64,000 bases of DNA from the human T2T-CHM13v2.0 reference genome, Homo sapiens: assembly GCF_009914755.1 (NCBI RefSeq), contig NC_060938.1; one strand, given 5' to 3'. Positions 42,841 to 56,400 of the stretch are shown here, piece by piece; position 1 is the first letter of the stretch, and every line of letters begins with the position of its first letter. The notes below the pieces were generated by a model, which was not told where the DNA came from, ran no database searches, and saw only the letters and a list, made by a program, of their open reading frames with translations. The position numbers were made by a program, and so were the translations under genes.

Positions 42841-43950
42841 TTTTTTTTTGCAGTTGCAAGATTTAATAGAGTGAAATAGAGTGAAAACAGAGCTCCCATA
42901 CAAAGGGAGGGAACCCAAAGGGGGTTGTCAAATGCCTGGGTTTATATCCCAATCCTTGTTTATATCCCTCCCACTGTGCTCTCGGGCAATAGATCGGCTA
43001 TTTCTTTACCTCCTGTTTTTGCCTAATTAGCATTTTAGTGAGCTCTCTGATTGGTTGGGTGTGAGCTAAGTTGCAAGCCCCGTGTTTAAAGGTGGATGCG
43101 GGCATCTTCCCAGCTAGGCTTAGGGATTCTTAGTTGGCCTAGGAAATCCAGCTAGTCCTGTCTCTCAGTCTCCCCTCTCAACAGGAAAACCCAAGTGCCG
43201 TTGGGGAGGTTGGCCGACGACCACTCTAACTGCTCTTGCTGAATTGGGGCATAGTAGGGGTTGCGCAGTTGAGATTTCCTGGGGAGGGGTGCCTTGGATG
43301 TCATTAACATCGGAGCATGGGCTAGCAGGCCAGTCCAGGGGTCCGCAGTAGCTCTTAGTCAAAGACTGCATCTGGGCTCCATTTGAAGAATGATTTGTAG
43401 TTTTTCAGCTTTGATTCTGGAAGAGACAAATGCTTTGGAGGTCCCTTCATGGTCACCAAAATGTTACCGGAGGGTCCTTGTTCACAGAGCTTCCAAGATG
43501 GTGGCAAGCCTCGTGTTCTCTGACCTGGGGTTCTTGGCCTCACGGATTCCAAGGAATGGAATCTTGGGCCATGCGGTGAGTGTTATACCTCTATTAGAAG
43601 CCTTGGGTCACGGAAGAGAACCATGGAACCCAGTGACAAGTGTTCAGCTCGATTAGGACGAACCCAGGCACTTAGCTGTGCAGGAACAATGGCAAGCCTT
43701 TAGCCTGATCGGGAGCGGCAATGGGTGCCTCGCTGGATCAGGAGCACAGTGGACACCCTGCCGGATCCGGAGGGATAGAAGTCAGCGGCGGTCCGCCACC
43801 GCGACAAACAGCAGTGGTGGACAGCAAGCGAAAGCTCAGCTTGAGCCGTAACAAACATGGACCAGCAGAGTGCAGTTGCAAGATTTAATAGAGTGAAATA
43901 AAGTGAAAACAGAGCTCCCATACAAAGGGAGGGGACCCAAAGGGGGTTGC
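42841..43950 (-). mobile_element. HERV-W (LTR17/HERV17) processed retrocopy of a spliced subgenomic RNA
   Basis: Order on the minus strand: R-U5 (43950-43462), PBS TGGTGACCATGAAGGGAC (43458-43441), splice junction 43431/43430, env 3' tail (ORF 43165..43371, syncytin-1-like PLDWPASPCSDVNDIQGTPPQEISTAQPLL), PPT, U3-R (43167-42850), ATTAAA, poly(A). Flanked by a TSD. Confidence 0.93.
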
Positions 43951-43997
43951 CAACATTACTTATTTTGAACTTAAAGTTTTGAGTTTCTCATACATGA

Positions 43998-44343
<346 letters not shown>

Positions 44344-45003
44344 CAATGGCACAGATTCTAATGGCCTCATCACATCCTAGATTCAGCAGAATTATTACTG
44401 GGTTTATTTTTGCAGCCACAAACCCTGCTAGTTCGAGTGAATGACAATCTTTCTTCAAATCATACCCCTAAGTTCAGAAACTCATTTCATTCACTGATCT
44501 TCTTATTTGTTTTTTTGTAAGAGCATTTAAATTTAACAAATTGCTGCATGTGATTTATTTTGAATTTAATTACAGAGCCAAAATGCCACATATAATTATG
44601 GATGTAAGTAAGCATCAATTCTTTGCCCTGATGGCTTGAGAAAGGCTGTAAAGTGTAGCCTAGCCTTTCTGCATAATCTCCTATGAGCCTTTTCTGCCCG
44701 CTATTGAATCAGTGCTGACAAATAAAGTATCAGAATAGCAGCTAATACGAGGTCACGCCTTTGTGCCAAGCCCACTCCTCGCTACTCATTCATGTTGATG
44801 CTAATGTGATGCCATCTAACACAGTTCAGGAAAATTCATAAAATCAGCCTGCTTGGGAAGAACTTTAATCAAAGATGGAGAAATCACAACACTCCAGGGG
44901 TCGGTTTAAAATAAGTAGTAATATGACATATTTCCCTTTGTTATAAGTTAAAGCTCATTTTTATACTCTGGGAGAAGCAATTCAGCTCTCTAGAACAGCA
45001 TAA

Positions 45004-45005
<2 letters not shown>

Positions 45006-45064
<59 letters not shown>
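45006..45064. repeat. (TA)29 microsatellite
   Basis: Uninterrupted AT alternation over 59 bp. Confidence 0.97.
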
Positions 45065-45067
<3 letters not shown>

Positions 45068-46054
45068 AACTAGCCCATCCGTGATACCACCAGCCTTAAT
45101 TCTATAACATTAAAATAGTGGGTTTCAAAATGGAACTTCAGTTCTCACACATTCTCTGGGATTTAGAATGCACAGGTAATTTTCTGGGGTTCTTTACTGA
45201 ATGAGAGGTGTTATATCTTCTTAACATTATATATATCACTATATATATATAATGTTACATAACATATTAAATAAATATATTTCTTCTTATAACAGTACAT
45301 AGGGATTACTTTACTAGCTATGAGGCCTCAGGCAGTTTATGTCCTTGACCCTCACTTTCTTCGTCTGTATTTTAGAGATACAAATACCCCATATGATTGT
45401 TGTGTGGATTACTAGAATGTGTGTATAGCACTTAATATAGCGCCTAGTGCATAGTAATGGCCAATAATAGCACTTGATATTATTAATTTCTATTTAGCTT
45501 TCCCCACTTTCTTTTTCTCATTTCAATTCCTGCAGCCAAGTAATACACGTTTAGGAACTGCGTATGTATCCAAAGGTTTATTGGCAGCTCCTTGTCCCAG
45601 TGGCTGTGAGCACTGGGGAACTCTGGCTCCGCTGGCCTTGGAAGCCCTATTTTGGGCCAGCTCCCCTCTGTACCTCTTCCTGGATGTCTTTCCTAAAACA
45701 AACGTACTTTAATAAGGGCTTAAATAAATCTTTCATACCTATAGACATACTTAAAGTTTATTAGGCAAACTTGTCAATGTAAAGGAACTAAGGAAGAGTT
45801 CATAAAACAAATCCTAAATTTATACTTTAGTAATTGTTCCCTACTTTCTTAGCTTTATATATTTCTATGTATTTAATACATTTTTAAAGAAAATTTGGGA
45901 TGTTCTTGGTTATAGAATGGCCAGATGAGTTCTAGAATACTACTGTAGGAGGAGTAAAAGTAGACACTGACCAAAAGAAAAAGGAGAGGTGAAGAAGATG
46001 GGGAACTGGATTTAGATATATATGTCCAACAAAAGCTAATGTCCACTGATATTA

Positions 46055-46400
46055 TATTTTAAACCACTTTATTAAGACATAATTTACACACCGTAACATT
46101 TTCCCACTGTAAATGTGTGATTCCATGGCCTTAGTATATTTACAGAGTTGGGTAGCCATCACAGCAATCCAATATTAGAACATTTCCCTCCATTCGAAAG
46201 GAAGCCTCTTGGACATTAGGAGTCACTCCCCATATAATCAACCATTAATCTACTTTTTGCCTGTATAGACAGGCCTATTCTAGACATTTCATATACATGG
46301 AATCATAAATAAGTGGTCTTTCGTGTCTGGCTTCTTTCACTTAGCATAATATCTTTAAAGTTTATCCACATTGGATCATGTGTTAGTTCTTCCTTCTACT
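46055..46400 (-). mobile_element. L1M 3' UTR fragment
   Basis: GACATTTCATATACATGGAATCAT..TGTCTGGCTTCTTTCACTTAGCATAAT. Confidence 0.75.
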
Positions 46401-48229
46401 GATTTTTTTAAAGAAAATTTTATAATTTTGTTTTAATTTTCAAGTGAAGATGTTCAATATTGTCTCTGCTGAGAAATGTAAGATATGCGATACAGTAATT
46501 TATAAAAGAGTAACAAAATCTACGTACACCAGCACATGTCAGTCAAGTCCTAATGACTTGAATAAAAAGAGGAAATAGTTTCAAACAGACTGTAGGATTA
46601 ACCACTAAAGGGTAAAAAGGGTTGCCTGATACTAATAGTAGTTGAGAAGAATACCTAGCTAGAGGAATTAATTAGAAAAGGTAGAGGAAAGAGAATCTTC
46701 CTATGGGCAATTTGAACAGAGCTTAGGGTGCTAGATTGTGAAATCTAGTTCTGAAAGTTTCCGTGGACTCTTGGAAAGAAACGTGATGAATCAATAACTA
46801 ATACAAGATGTAGTCGCAATGTACCAAAGGAAGAATAATGGGCAAAGTTTGCTGGGGGATGACCCCATCTCCCATTTTTTTCTTTCTGCACTCTCGTTCT
46901 CTGACCTGCTTTAGTTTGCCCTTCCTAGGTCATTTTTGTCCTTTCCTGGGGGAAATAGACGTGACTGGCCAACCACCAGTAAGATATTAATGAATTAGTA
47001 TTTTTTTTTTACTCCACCCACAGATATTTATATTTTTAGCAGCTGGGAAAGATAGTGTTTAATTCTAAGAAGTGATTGTTAATTTGGGGGTATTAGGCAC
47101 CTTAACAGTTAAGGGAGATCTTGGACGCAGGAGAGGGTTTCTTTTTCATTCCTTTTATTTGCACATTACTTTTTTTGAACAACTTCAAAATATTTTATTT
47201 TAAAACATAAACAGAACCCAGTTGCTAACTTAATTAGTTCCCAAAGCAACCCATTTATTTCTGGGACAAGCTTTGGACTTAATTAGATATTTTAAATGAT
47301 AAACTATTTAGAGAATTATATATGATTTCACTGTTTCACAGCTGTAAACCAAAAAGAGAAATAGAAAAATAGCCATTTTTTAAACATAAATGAACTAACC
47401 ACTCATTATGACAGAAGTTGCCTGTGCATCCTCAGGGCTCAATCCTGGAATAGTGGTGGCAGTTTATAGGAGCAAAACTCCTTTATGTACCAGGAAGCAC
47501 AAATTTTATTTTATAGGTACCAAGCCAGAGGAGGTGGCAGTGGTCACCTGTAACAGAGCCCTGGATGGGTAAGCCAGAGTCCATGGCCTAGCTGAAGTTA
47601 TAGCTGCTACTCTAATTTGAGTGACCAGGTCACCTCAGCCAAAGTTGTATGTCCACAGAAGTGTCCTTTGGGGATGAGCAGAGTCACATCTGCCAAATCT
47701 GAAGTGTTGGTGATCGATGCTCTCAAACACACTCTATTGCTAAGTCAAGTGTCACAAGGGTTTATCACATGGAATCAATCCGTTCATTAGTACAGGAAAA
47801 AGATATTCAGAAGTTTAGCAAAAGATACATGGTAAGTGCCTATAGCCTATGACAAGTACAATTTACTTCATTTGCTGACTCATTTGTAGTAGCATTTGCT
47901 GCAGCAGCAATAAAATAATTGAGGACCTGGGCATTTCTGAATAAAAACAACCTTGAAGCCAGTGAGTTGGCTTGTACCTTTATGTGTCCTGAAGACAAAC
48001 TGCAGCTAAAATCCTCAGCTATTCCAGGATTGGTCTGCTGTATTGTAAATCCACTTCCTGTTGAACTTTAATCATTTTTAAAGCCATGTATGAATTGTCC
48101 TTGCTCTTAGAAGAGCAAGTAGCAAACAGCAGGGTCAAAGGCCAGGCTAAAAACACTTAGAAGTACCTTCCTCTCTCAAGCTGGTGAATAGGATGCAAAG
48201 CTGGCATATGGAGCAGATTTTGTAGGCTT

Positions 48230-49135
48230 CAAGGGCTTGCCACCAGTGCAGTCCTAAAGGCCGTGGCTCCAAAGGGCCCCATGCTTGGGATTTCATATTC
48301 TGTCATCTTCATCTTGAAATTCTTAACAATTTTATTTTTTATTTGTGTTATTTAAGTGAATTTTGATGGGACAATGGAGCATGCACCAGAGGCTTGGGAT
48401 CTTTGCTCACTTGTGGTCTCACCTCTCTTCACCTCCCCACCTCCCCCAGGGGTTCTGTGTCTCCCCTTGACCTGGCCACATCAGTGGGGGTACAGCAGGG
48501 AAGGGGGGGATTTTGTCATTACCCACTGCAGGGAAGGTTGGGATTAGGCACTTGCCTCTTGGTGTCTCAGGTGGGGAATGTCAGCAGCTGTCTGCTAGGG
48601 CTGGCAACTCCATGACTCGTTCACTGGATGACTTAGTGAGGTGAGCCTCTCATCCGTGCCACCTTCAGGTACCCAGTGTGTCCTCAGCATGAAAGCTGCA
48701 ATTTTTCAGGATCGTCCATTCACTTGGTTTGGGGCTGGGAGCCCATGGGAAGGGGAGATTGGCTTTCCTGCCCCCACTCGGAGACCAGCGCAGCTGGTAG
48801 ATGGTCAGCTAATGCTGAGTCGTGGGGTGCTCCCCACCCCAACTCCACATCTGTGGGGATCTGCACTTGCCCAGTGAGTACCCTAAGGCCTAAGGGAGGA
48901 CATTAAATATCTAATATTTATATCTAATTATATATATTAGATTATATCTAATTAATATCTAATATTAACATCAAATATCTAATAAAACATCATGACGAGA
49001 GAGACTGAGGAAGAAAGAAAAATATTTTATATTTCAGTAGATTTAATATCACCTTTTCCCTGCTTTTTGAACAAAGCGTCTGGCTTTTTTTTTTTTTTTT
49101 TTTTTTTTTGCACTTGGTGGGCTCTGAAAAGGGCC
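48230..49135. mobile_element. Probable hAT-Tip100 non-autonomous DNA transposon (MER91/Zaphod-like ends)
   Basis: AAGGGCCCCATGCTTGG..TCTTGAAATTCTTAACAATTTT at the left and TTTTTGAACAA..TGCACT..GGGC at the right resemble the two halves of MER91. Confidence 0.45.
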
Positions 49136-50439
49136 CGTTTAAGGAAGAAGGATCTGGTTGCTAGCCACCACGACTGACCTGAGAGAGAATAAAATAACCA
49201 GATGAGGGCCAACTTGATGGTCATGGGTCCCACAGTGATGGACGTGAAAGGCAAAACTTATGGGAGATAGGCTGATTTGTGGACACCCACATGGGAGAGG
49301 GTGCATACTGCCAGAAAACCCAGCACCTTATGGGTGACGGGTCCTTTACTTTGAGGGTAAATTTTATTTTATTTTACTTTTTGCAAATGAAAGATGAGGA
49401 AAAAAATGTATCAAAGGCCTTTGAAATGTTTTGCAAGAATTCCAGAATGTGTACATATTCTGCTAACCCCACTGACATCTGTCCTACATATATTTGTTCT
49501 TTTATTCAGCCAACATCAAGGAATAACAACAGCACAGGAAGCAGACTCTTAACATTATTATTTGGTGATAAAAGCAACTTACTTTCTTTGTGTCCAATTA
49601 ACAGAATCAAATTGTAAATGTAAGTTTGAAGGAGCCTTAATTTAGTACACAAACAACTACAAAAGTGGGAAGTGCTCATATAAGATATAATACATATTAA
49701 GTAATATTTGATAGTTAATGTATTTATTTTCAAAGGCACATTAATTCAGAATAAAACCTGAAAAATTTATCCAAAGTTCAACTTGTTATATTCCAATATT
49801 GATATTTAGTATTCCCATGTGCTAGCAAAATTATTTCGCTTTCCCTCTGTGGTAGCATACTGTCAAAATTCCAGTTTATCTCAGTAAGTTAAGGATGTAG
49901 TTTTCCTAAGTTAAGGATGTAGTTCTCCACCTTGAACTCTACATTTTCTTCAGTTTAAGATGCCTCTCAATGTATTCTTTCCCTGATATAGAGGGATTTA
50001 TACTTATAACTCTTAGAGCATTGTGATGAAAATATCCCTGATTTTGTTGGTCATGATGAGATCATCCTTTAGTCTGTGCTGAGCATTTATGTTCCAATTT
50101 TCATCTTAGTTACCATGGCATAAATAACATGGAAAAAGCCATGTTAGAAAGTGCATTATTTCCTCTCTATTACTGCCACCTTTTTCATTTGTCAGTTAAA
50201 ATGTGATAAGTATATTTATTTAAGGTTACTAAACTTTGGGGAGAGTTAAAAATCTACAGATATCTTGCCACATTTTGATATTTCTAAATATCCAAGATTG
50301 TATGGATCTAAAAGAGAACAATACCCTGCCACTATGATTTTCAACTTCTCCCTGCTCTCTTAGTTTAATAACCTTGGTTAGTGATCTTTACTCCCTTTGA
50401 GGTCCAAGTGGCCAACCAACGAGTGTTTAAGTGAGTAAT

Positions 50440-50645
50440 GGGAACTGGCCCACAGGCCAACCTCTGTCTGTTTTTGTAAATAAACTTTTGTTAGGACACA
50501 GTTACACCCACTCATCTGTTTGTTGTCCATGTTTGCTGTTGTTATAATAGCAGAGTTGAATCTTAGAGACAGAAACTATATGTCTTGCAAAGTCAAAAAT
50601 ATTTACTGTCTGGACCTTTACAGAAAAAAATTGTCAACCACCACT
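50440..50645. mobile_element. MER58A (hAT-Charlie)
   Basis: TGTTTTTGTAAATAAAC..AAAATATTTACTGTCTGGACCTTTACAGAAAAA. Confidence 0.8.
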
Positions 50646-51065
50646 TTGTTGATAAGCTACTGCATGCTCTGTCTTACTTATTCCTGTTTAAAAAGAGAGG
50701 CAAGATACGTCCAGTTTCAGAAGAAAAATAATGTGAAGTAAGCACCATATGACAGTTTTGTCCATTTACTGTTGACATTCATCCACTGAAATGTGTATAA
50801 TCTTCTCATCCTTCCATTCCCAGGCAAGAGGAAAGAGTAAAACATTGACGTGATTGTTCAACTTCATACCATTTTTTAAGCTGAAAGGTCCTCTCATGGT
50901 ATAAAGTCATTTTCAACCTTAAACTGTCAAGGCAAATCAGAAAGAAAAATCCTTGTTGTCAATCAGCATTTTCTTAATATTTATTTAAAATTGTAAACCA
51001 AGCGTTTGGGACTTAAAACTTCAGTGTACCTCAAGGAATATTATCTTATTTGAGTTTCAAAATAA

Positions 51066-51465
<400 letters not shown>

Positions 51466-51725
51466 TAAGGTTAAGGTTAGGAAGTAATAAGTTTGGTTCT
51501 AATCCAAATATTGGTGCCTGATTCTGTGTTATTTATAACTGCCTTGTAACATCATCCATTTGTTTTACTGTTAATCATGGCATGTACCATGATTAGTTCC
51601 TGAGACTCTTCCAACTGCCTGGTGGCTTATTTGCTGTGTTGTTTGATTCTCATACAGTTCTTTGAAGTGATTGCTATTATACACATTTTATAAAGGAAGA
51701 GACCACAATCGGAAAGCCTGAGTAA

Positions 51726-52049
<324 letters not shown>

Positions 52050-53107
52050 GATTAGTATATTTTCTTTAAAATTTTATATCTAGCTACTTTTCCAATTTAA
52101 GTTATTAATTCCAATCATATTTAATAGAGTGTCACTGATTTTCTAAATGTGTAGCCAAACCATCCATGGGTCTTTAGGAAGACATTTGGATCCCTTTAAT
52201 GTACGTGGGAACTTACATAAGCCAGAAATTCAGAAGCCATAAATGACGAACTTGGCTATATAAGATATTTCTAATTCTCACGAATAATAATAACCAGCAT
52301 ATATTGAGCATTATTTTAAGTAGTTTACATTTAGAAAATGCTAGCTAAAAATTAGTTCTATTACTTTTGACAACTATTAAAGCCAGCTAGCAATCTCTGT
52401 CTTAGGCACTTTTGTAGCTTTCAGTCATGGAAGCAGGATTGAAGCCAAGCAAAGATAAATTTGAGAAGAGGTAAGAATTACCAGAGAAGGAAAAAGGAGG
52501 CCTCAAATTTCCTGGAGAGTATAACAAGCGATGTGGAAAACAGTAGGGTCAGAAAGGAACCCAATACATCGGTGAACTCCATTGTAGGGAGCGCTACTTA
52601 AGAGGGGTAAAAAGGCCCCAAATCTCTCTTTTTAACCTACCTTAAGAGCAACAGGTTACCTTAGCTTTATGGAGGCAACCGTATGTGGTTGTGTGTCGGC
52701 GAGGAGGTGGAAACAGCACTGGCATTTGTTTTCTAGCAACGTGCTCAAACAGCCATTGTCTTGAACTTGGTGCAGACTTCCGCCAAGCTACATCACCTCT
52801 TAATTGATACAGCTTGAGACTATCTCCCATCACAAAGAATGCTTCTAGATCTGCCTGGGGACCTGGGACATTCCATTTCTCGTGCCAGAGAACCACAATA
52901 TAGCTATCCTTCTAGTTAAACTATCCTTCTAGGGTCCTGTTAAGCCTAGTAACAGAAACTTGGTATCACCACAGCAAATATTAATCAATATAATAGTTAG
53001 TCTCTGCATTCTTTGTTATTCCATCCCTTACTGCCTAGAGAATTTGCATGTCACATTAAGCAGTGGTGTTGGTATTAAAATGTGTGACCAATCTTGAAAT
53101 GTTTGCG

Positions 53108-53144
<37 letters not shown>

Positions 53145-53239
53145 GTGCTCAGCGTCTTGCAGGTAACAGTCCCCTCCACCAGAGGTCTCTAGCTCACTGA
53201 CATTATCTGAATTTATAATAGCTCTTCCAACAGGCTATG

Positions 53240-53450
53240 CTGAATCTGTGAGGTCCAATAGAATAGCCACTAGCCCCATGCAGCTATCTAAATGTAAATT
53301 AGCTAAGATTAAATAAAATTAAAAATTTAGTTCTTTGGCTGCCCTAGCCACATTTTAAATGCTCAAAGCCACATGTGGCTATTGGCTCCAGTATTGGCTA
53401 ATACGGATATCTAACATTTCCACCACTGCAAAAAGTTCAAGTGGATATGT
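53240..53450. mobile_element. MER3-like (hAT-Charlie)
   Basis: GTCCAATA..TAGCCACTAGCC..AATAAAATTAAAAATT..AGCCACATGTGGCTA..GTATTGG. Confidence 0.75.
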
Positions 53451-56400
53451 TACACTAAGTTCTGTTAACTCACAAATGTAGAAATAGCATTTCGGGATCA
53501 CAGTGTTAAAAGGACAAAGAGGCAGTATCTCTCCTGTACTGTAACTGAATCCTCCCTTTATCCAGGTGGTATCCTGGGTGGATGATGACAATGTTCTTTG
53601 TGATCATATTCAGCTTATTTTTCCCTCACAACCAGCACGTTGTATCACTATATTTTAATAATTCATAGATATAATTTCAATTCTTCTCTTATTGAGAAAA
53701 TCAGGGCTGGCAAATTTTAAGAAAGAGATATGGTTTAAAAAAAATCAGAAGGCCTTAATGCCATCCTCAACTCTACGCCTAACGAACTGAGAGCTCTAGA
53801 GAATGTTGTTGGACTTCTCTGGGCCTGCATTTGCTCCTGCATGAAATAAGTGGGCAATTAGATGTTCTCTAAGACCTCAAACACTTGAACCCATACCCAC
53901 AGTGCAGCAGGACTGTTGTGTGTGCTCCTTGTAAGTAAAACTAATCTCTGACCCATCCAAGAGGTTCCAGTATGCTAGAGCATGTGGGAGGCTTCTGCCT
54001 CATGTCAAGACGTGCTCTAAAGTCACAGAATTGTGTTGCTCCAAAATGGCAGTGGTCAACACAATTGGCTGGCAGTTTAGACCACATTAGAAGATAATCG
54101 CTATTTTTAGTATAAATATTATTTTCCCTTTTATCTTAAGGGATAGTACCAATTCCATTCTTTATTGCTAATAAGTTACCAGTAGTATATCACTGCAGTG
54201 AGAATATTTCAAAATAACCCTGTAGCTTTATTCCAAAGACCTCAGTTATAGACTTACTCTCATTTTGTGGTCACTCCAAAAACAAAAACAAAAGCCTCCT
54301 TAGGCAGATCCCTCAATTATTCCTCTCTGTAAAACATCATTCCTTGAAATGGACATCACTCTTTTCATAAAAACGTGACATAGACTATATTCTATATTCA
54401 ATACACTCTCATGGAACAAGTAAGATTTTTAATTATTTTGAAGAAAAAGATGAGCTTATTTTCAGTTTTCAGATTCCAGCTTTTCTCAACCTCTGGATGA
54501 AAATATTTTTACACCTGGAGTTTCTCTTGCAGTTAGCATTCATCCGTCAGTAAGTAGGCCAAATCCTTGTTCACTTGCAGGTAGTCCATGGCTTAACATG
54601 TCTGTAATTCACAGAAGGCTGAATATGGGGTAAATAAATAAAACTGAGCTTAAGGAGAAAAACTCTGTGGGAGGAAGGAAGCGGATGATTAAAATGGAAA
54701 TGGGTGGTCAGGAGCTTCGGTTATTCTCCCAGGTGCTTTGTTGGCAGAGATAAAAAAAACTTTTCTATCAAACCCCACCTGAATTCTTTCAACTACAATG
54801 ATGCAAAGAAAATACACGCTAATTATGAGCAGGAACATTATCTATTAATATGTTAATGAAGCAGGTTTGCTAATGGTGAAAGACCTGAATTTTAATAAAT
54901 TTTTAAGAGCTTCTTGATTACGTGTTTGTTAGTCGATATCATCATTTAAAATTATCTCTAGGTGGCTTTACATGGAATAAAACCTACATTAGAACTGTAT
55001 TCTAAACAGGCCTTAATGAAGCAGGTGAGGATAGCATCTGTGACATGAACACTGTCAGCCAGAAATTCACTTCAAAAGAAATGTAAACTAGTTAGCAGGA
55101 AACATGTTATCATATCTGCCAGTATCAGCTTTCAATGTAGGTAATTTATTTATGCATTTACTTGCTAATTTTTTCAAACATATTTGCTTATGAAATAATG
55201 TTCGATTGAATTAATGGATACTGCCTTTCAATATTGGAAGTGTTATTTTTCATTAAAACAAAAACAACTCTAGTGTCCTGTTTTGACAACATCCCATACA
55301 TAGATGAAAACTGTTTTATCCACCCAAACCCCATATTTTTTGAGAAAAAAATCACTAGAAATCCAAAAATCAAACCAGAATGAGTTTAGAAACCTCACTG
55401 ATGTGTCTCTATGAATAGAAGAAATTGTGTCATCTTTTCTCCAAGATGACTGTGGCATCAAAGTGACTGTTAATCCCTATCTGCCTCTCTAGAACTTGGG
55501 TGAAGGCAGCTGGCATCCTCTTTCATTTTGCATATTAGAACCACGAGGCTCTGATTAGCAGCTGGGCCTGGATTGCAACTCAGAGCTCCTGAAGACAGAA
55601 AGACACTGAGGAGGCGGCATGGAGACTTGGGTGTAAAATGCCAGTGCTATGTGCCCCAAATGCTTGAGAGCTGCTGGGCTGGAGAGCCTGTGAAGCATTG
55701 TGTGCAGTGGGCCTCATCATATCATTGGGAGGATTTGGGGTCTGAAAGTGGGTGAGGCCTGTGTTTTCTCCATTATGTATGAGGCAGTGATGAAGGTGTT
55801 AGTGAAGGAAAGTGAAAGCTAATTCTAGAAACAAAAGAACAGTGGGTAAGAGCCCAGGCTCAAGTGCCTTAAGCGCCCTTAACCTAACGGGCCAGGAATG
55901 AAGGGACGTGAAGGAGGCAGGTGGGTGGGATGAGGAAGAGCAAGGACCTCTAGCTCTCACCTTGTCACTTCTGAGCTCTGAGGAGAGTTGGAAGAGGAGA
56001 GGTTGTGGCAGAAAATCACTTTCAAAGGAGCGGCCTCATGTGGGAAACCAGCAGGGGCTTCCTCCTGAGTGGAGGTCCTTCCACAAAGGCGATGCCTGGT
56101 CACCAGGTTTCTTAATTTCCTGGGCACTTTATTTATTTGACAGTCTCAATAAAACATGCTTCTGAGGGAGTCATTAGAAAGTGCAGGTAACACTCCCTTA
56201 AATTCTGGATAGTGTGCCTAATGAGTTTCAAGGGTTATTTTTAAAGTCGATGAGAAATAATTCAATTGAAGGTAATTGGCCATTTAGATGGATTCTAATT
56301 GGGCCCTGGGTGAATTTCTTTGGGGGCATGCTGCCCTCTAGGGGTGGAGGCACAGTGCTCGGAGGGAAGGAAGTGTTTTGAGTTTTCATAAAAATGGTTC

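Noticed and set aside
43165-43552. Functional syncytin/env gene
   Set aside because: Only the cytoplasmic-tail region is present. There is no signal peptide, SU or TM ectodomain, and there is a frameshift near 43375.
53074-53141. Orphan A30 tract with ATTAAA ~33 nt upstream as a tiny retrocopy
   Set aside because: No convincing TSD or recognisable parent sequence, so I treat it as a mononucleotide microsatellite.
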